Positions 21,140 to 25,451 of a stretch of 25,451 nucleotides of DNA are shown in pieces. The notes under the pieces are model-generated. The model made no database searches and was not told the origin of the DNA. It saw only the letters and a program-made list of their open reading frames with translations. The translations under genes were made by a program, and so were the position numbers. The stretch comes from Octopus sinensis (taxonomy: Eukaryota). Position 1 is the stretch's first letter; each line of letters starts with the position of its first letter. Location: the NCBI RefSeq assembly GCF_006345805.1, contig NW_021836075.1, positions 1-25,451 of the forward strand. Reading direction: 5' to 3'.

Positions 21140-21235
21140 AATAACAACAAGAATAACGACGACAAGGGGAAGAGAAGGAGGAGGAGAAGAAGAAGAAGAA
21201 GAAAAAGAAAAAGAAAACTAAGAAGAAAACGGACG
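21140..21235. repeat. (AAC)/(GAA)/(GAG) purine-rich tract
   Basis: Direct. Confidence 0.8.
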
Positions 21236-21329
21236 AGAATGATGAAATATCAAACACGAAAAAGAAAAATAAGCTGAAAAGTTCGGTTATACTCTAGACA
21301 ATTTCCTAAACAACACTACTTCTCTAAAA

Positions 21330-21390
21330 GTATATACACACACACACACACATTCATAAGTACAGACATACATACAATCTATAAGTTTAT

Positions 21391-21433
<43 letters not shown>

Positions 21434-22025
21434 GTTGTGTGGTGTGTGTGTGTGTGTGTCTGTGTGCGTGTTTGTGTATATATGTAATATAACGTATTTA
21501 TATATACATACATATAATATATTAATATATATAATATACATATATCTATATATATATTAATAGATAGATATAGACTTATGTATGTATATATATACATGTA
21601 TATGTTATAGTATATATATATACATATATATGTATGTTTATATAAATATGTATATATATAATTATATATACATATAGCTTGTTACATATGTGTCCGTATG
21701 TATATGTATGCGTACGTACGTTTGTTCGAATATGTGCGTGTATACTATACATACATACGCACACACACACATATACATGCACATCCATGCGCATATATGT
21801 ACACACAGATATATACATATATATATTATATGTATATACATACAAACTCACACATATAAACAACATATACATACGTGTGTGTGAGTGTACGTGCGTGTGC
21901 ATGTGTGTATGTGTGTGTGCGAGCGTGTGTTTGTGTGTTTGTGTGAGTGTGTGTGTGTGTGAATGTGTGCATGTGTGTGTGTGTGTGTGTGCTTGTCTGT
22001 GTGTGTGTGTGTGTGTTTATGTACA
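21330..22025. repeat. (TA)/(CA)/(TG) compound microsatellite field
   Basis: Direct. Confidence 0.95.
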
Positions 22026-22474
22026 TAATCCAAAAGGTCAGGTCTAATTTTCTAAGATTTTCACCTTGTTTAAAAGCATCATTGGCACATTATTAGACGC
22101 CGGAGGAATCCTTTGATATCATTGTGAAGAATTCGTCTGCGATAGATTGATTTCTTAACTACTCCGTCTTATTTAATTATATTATTATACGAAAGTGCCG
22201 TCCTCCATACACATCGTCTCCATTATATCATCTCAGACAAAAAGAGACAGAAACACCTACGTAAATATTATAGTGAAGCGAATATCTGTTTTCTTATCTG
22301 TATTTGATATTTCATTACAGCAGGGGGCAATCTTCGGCGAAGAATGTACATAAACTCAACCCACGATAACATCTATAGAAGCAGCCATTTTGGGCACGCG
22401 CGGACACACGTGGGCACGCGCGCACACACACACCAAGCGCCTAATTACCTGTCAGTAATTATATTTATGACATT

Positions 22475-23052
22475 AAGGCGGCGATCTACCAGAATGGTTA
22501 ATACGCCGGACGAAATGCTTGGCGGTATTTCGTCTGGCGCTACGTTCTGAGTTCAAATTGTGCCGAAGTCGACTTTGCATTCCATCATTTCGGGATCGAT
22601 AAATTAAGTACCAGTTACGCACTGGGGTCGACATAATCGACTTAATCCGTTGTCTGTCCTTGTTGTCCCTCTCGGTTTAGCCCCTTGTGGGCAATAAAGA
22701 AATAGAAACGTTAGTGTCTGCCGCTATACGTTCGTGAGTTCAAATTCGCCGAGGTCGACTTTGCCTTTCATCCTTTAGGGATCGATTAAATAATACCAGT
22801 TACGCAATGGGGTCGATATAATCCTACTAATCTGTTTGTCTGTCCTTTGTTTTGTCCTCTCTGTGTTTTAGCCCCTTGTGTAGAAAGAAATAGGTAGTCT
22901 CAAATTCTATCTACTGCGGTTCGGTCAATTTTGCCTTTCGTCCTGCTGTGGTCGATAAGTTATAAGGAGCATTAAAAAAACACTTGTATCGATGTAATCG
23001 ACGAGTTCCCTACCTGAAAATTTTCAAGCCTTGTGCCTTTAGTGGAACGGAT
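22475..23052 (+). mobile_element. SINE family 1 array: head, 2 tail-A units, decayed tail-B unit
   Basis: Junctions at 22704|22705 (GAAATA|GAAACGTTAG) and 22892|22893 (GAAATA|GGTAG); ends ...AAAATTTTCAAGCCTTGTGCCTTTAGTGGAACGGATT. Confidence 0.9.
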
Positions 23053-23071
23053 TAATTATGTTTATGAATAG

Positions 23072-23303
23072 AAGACGGTGAGCTGGGAGAATCGTTATCA
23101 CACGCGTACGCCGAAAGAATGCTTTAGTGCATTTCGTCCGGCAGTAAACTGTACTGATATAATTCTGCTTCGGGCCGTGTTCGACTTGCCCTTTCTCTGT
23201 CCTGCAATTATGAAATAAGTACCAGTGAATCACTGGGGTCGATGTAATCGACTCATCCACCTCCCCCGAAGTTTCAGGCCTTGGGACTATAGTAAAAAGG
23301 ATT
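23072..23303 (+). mobile_element. SINE family 1 monomer, old, tail B
   Basis: Head GACGGTGAGCTGGGAGAATCG, decayed core, AATAAGTACCAG..CACTGGGGTCGATGTAATCGAC, tail CTCCCCCGAAGTTTCAGGCCTTG. Confidence 0.85.
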
Positions 23304-23323
23304 ACTTATATCTTTTAAAAACA

Positions 23324-23530
23324 TGCGACAAGCTGGCAGAATCGTTTGCATGACGGGCGAAATGCTTACCGGTATTTTCTCCGTCTTTACGTTCTGAGTT
23401 CCGAATTCCACCGAGGTCAGTTTTGTCTTTCGTCCTTACGGACTCGATAAAATAAATCCAAATTGAACAGCAGAATGGCCACTACCCTGGACAAAACGCT
23501 TATCGGTATTTTGTCCGTGTTTAAGTTCTG
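23324..23530 (+). mobile_element. SINE family 1: 3'-truncated copy followed by a second partial head
   Basis: AAGCTGGCAGAATCG...GAGTTCCGAATTCCACCGAGG...CGATAAAATAA, then GCAGAATGG...CTTATCGGTATTTTGTCCGTG. Confidence 0.75.
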
Positions 23531-23668
23531 CTTACCTATGTATACGTATATTTAAGCATGTATAAGTGATTATCCCTCATAGTCTCATGAAGCCCTAAAT
23601 TGGCTTGTGTTTTGTTTTTGTTCCCATATAAGTGCTGCTGATGTACCGAACTTTGAAATATAATTCCC

Positions 23669-23907
23669 GGGGGTTCATTTGTTCGACTAAGACTCTTCAA
23701 GGCGGTGCCCCAGCATGGCCGAGGTCAAATATGACAGAAGCAAGGATATCAAGCTGATCAGCCAATGAGGCCGATAGTATAAATATCTAACCGAAAACTG
23801 TGTAGTGGGATCGTTTTGTTTGTGTTTTATTTATCTTTCGACTAAATACTTGCAGGCAGTGCTCCAGCATGGCCGCGGTCCGATAACTGAAGGAAGCGAG
23901 GGATAAA
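23669..23907 (+). mobile_element. Two 3'-terminal fragments of SINE family 2 (23669-23745 and 23837-23907)
   Basis: TTCGACTAA...AGGCRGTGCYCCAGCATGGCCG occurs twice. Confidence 0.7.
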
Positions 23908-24039
23908 ATCTACTGAAATAATCTGTGCTGATTGGACGTAAATAAGAACAACAATTTATCACAGGATTTTTCAAAGCAAGTACAAACTCATTTACACCGA
24001 CATATACAAGGCTTTGGACGAACACACATAAATATTCAT

Positions 24040-24460
24040 ACATACATTTATCCATACACATACACGCACATATAAATACTTCATGTCCATATAGATATAG
24101 ATATAGATATAGATAGAGATAGAGATAGAGGTATAGATATGCTGTATACACTATCAATGCCCCCTGTCATTCACCTGGCGAGATTAAGTTTTAACTACGT
24201 GATGATGGGGAAACTTTCACTTTGCGAATTGAAAATCAGTGGATCTGAATCAAAAGAAAAAAGACCGATGAAATCACTTGAGCAGAAGATAACCTCCGGT
24301 CTTAAACTCGCGTGCGCACGTTGTGTGTGTGTGTGTGTGTGTGTGTGTTGTGATTATATATGCATAAGTATATATGCAAATACACATATACACAAGCACA
24401 CACTCAGATATATCTAACATTATCAATTTAGCTGTGTATACATCCATATGTGTGTGTAAA

Positions 24461-24495
<35 letters not shown>

Positions 24496-24638
24496 TACAG
24501 TATATTACATACACAGAGATACACACGCATATATGTAAATATAAATCACAGGTGCATAGATATATATGTAAAATAAATCATACGTAATTGAATATATATA
24601 GATATACATACACACACACATATATATATATAAATATG

Positions 24639-24680
<42 letters not shown>

Positions 24681-24895
24681 CGAACGCTTTATTGATCTAC
24701 ACAAACGTACAAACACGCACACACACACGTATGTGAGTGTATGTTTATATGTATATGTATACACATATACATACATATATATATATGTATGTATATATAT
24801 ATGTGTGTGTGTGTGTGTGTATATGCATGTATGTATATATGTATGTATGTATGTATATATGTATGTATGTTTGTATTTATGTATGTGTATTATAT
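24040..24895. repeat. (ATATAG)n plus (TG)/(TA)/(CA)/(TATG) microsatellite fields
   Basis: Direct: hexamer tract 24087-24138; dinucleotide fields 24310-24895. Confidence 0.9.
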
Positions 24896-25220
24896 GAAAC
24901 CTGATATCCAATAATCCAGTATTTAGCCACAGATCAGCGGATATTAAGTTGCGAGCAATATCTCTTTAAAATCTACAACGATCCACGAATCCAATCCCAT
25001 TGAACCGGTTAAGTCATAATATTACCTTATGGAAGGCCAACAGTGATATAATTTACAGCCGCAGGTCATAGGCCAATTGACCACTGTGCCATTAATGAAA
25101 ACCAACTAACATTGAGGTGAATATGCCGAGGGAACCAGTGCTCTTATTTGCTGCATGTTTCTTCGAGAGATTTGACATTTTAAAGATCAAAAGTACTCGG
25201 AGATCTTCCATAGATTTATC

Positions 25221-25424
25221 GTTACTAAGCAGGCCGGGCAAAATCTGTAGCGGAATATCATCCGTGTTTACGTTCTGAGTTCAAATTCCGCCGAGGTCGA
25301 TTTTGCTTTTTATGCTTTCGGGTGATGAAATAAGGACACGTTGAGCACATGGGTCGTTTGTAATTCACTTACAACGTCTCCCCTGAATTTTCTTGCCTTG
25401 TGCCAAAGTTTAAAACAAAATATT
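25221..25424 (+). mobile_element. SINE family 1 monomer, tail B, decayed head
   Basis: TTACGTTCTGAGTTCAAATTCCGCCGAGGTCGA core and ...GAATTTTCTTGCCTTGTGCCAAAGTTTAAAAC tail. Confidence 0.85.
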
Positions 25425-25451
25425 CAGCGTGGCAAAGTGGGGCAGGCTGGC

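Noticed and set aside
22082-22145. Kinase-like RILHNDIKG on the minus strand
   Set aside because: Lacks the invariant Asn of the DxKxxN loop and hits a stop 10 codons later with no donor.
22321-22344. Cyclic-nucleotide-binding-like QGAIFGEE after a good acceptor
   Set aside because: Stop two codons later and only a poor GTACAT donor; an 8-residue match is expected by chance.
7256-24911. Dozens of YI/HT/CV-rich ORFs
   Set aside because: Direct products of (TA)n, (CA)n and (TG)n microsatellites.

Overview
Eukaryotic, AT-rich, repeat-saturated window with no long protein-coding ORF; nearly all ORFs in the supplied track are microsatellite artefacts. The very high microsatellite load and three tRNA-derived SINE families I recognise from memory suggest an octopus (coleoid cephalopod) intron or intergenic region. 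That taxon call is recognition only, not a database result. Content: (i) about 11 loci of one SINE family (family 1), six of them head-to-tail multimers; (ii) fragments of two other SINE families; (iii) two decayed RTE-clade LINE reverse-transcriptase remnants in opposite orientations; (iv) many micro- and minisatellites; (v) one reasonable and a few weak candidate exons. The most interesting signal is SINE family 1 architecture. All 12 copies ending in 3' tail A (...CCCCTTGTGGGYARTAAAGAAATA) are followed directly by the family's own 5' sequence at one of three fixed registers (one only for 4 nt). Five of six arrays end in a unit with a different tail B, in most cases visibly more decayed. One array is bracketed by a 13-bp duplication carrying private variants. 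This fits a young SINE subfamily that inserts into, or multimerises within, older relatives. The mechanism is inference.
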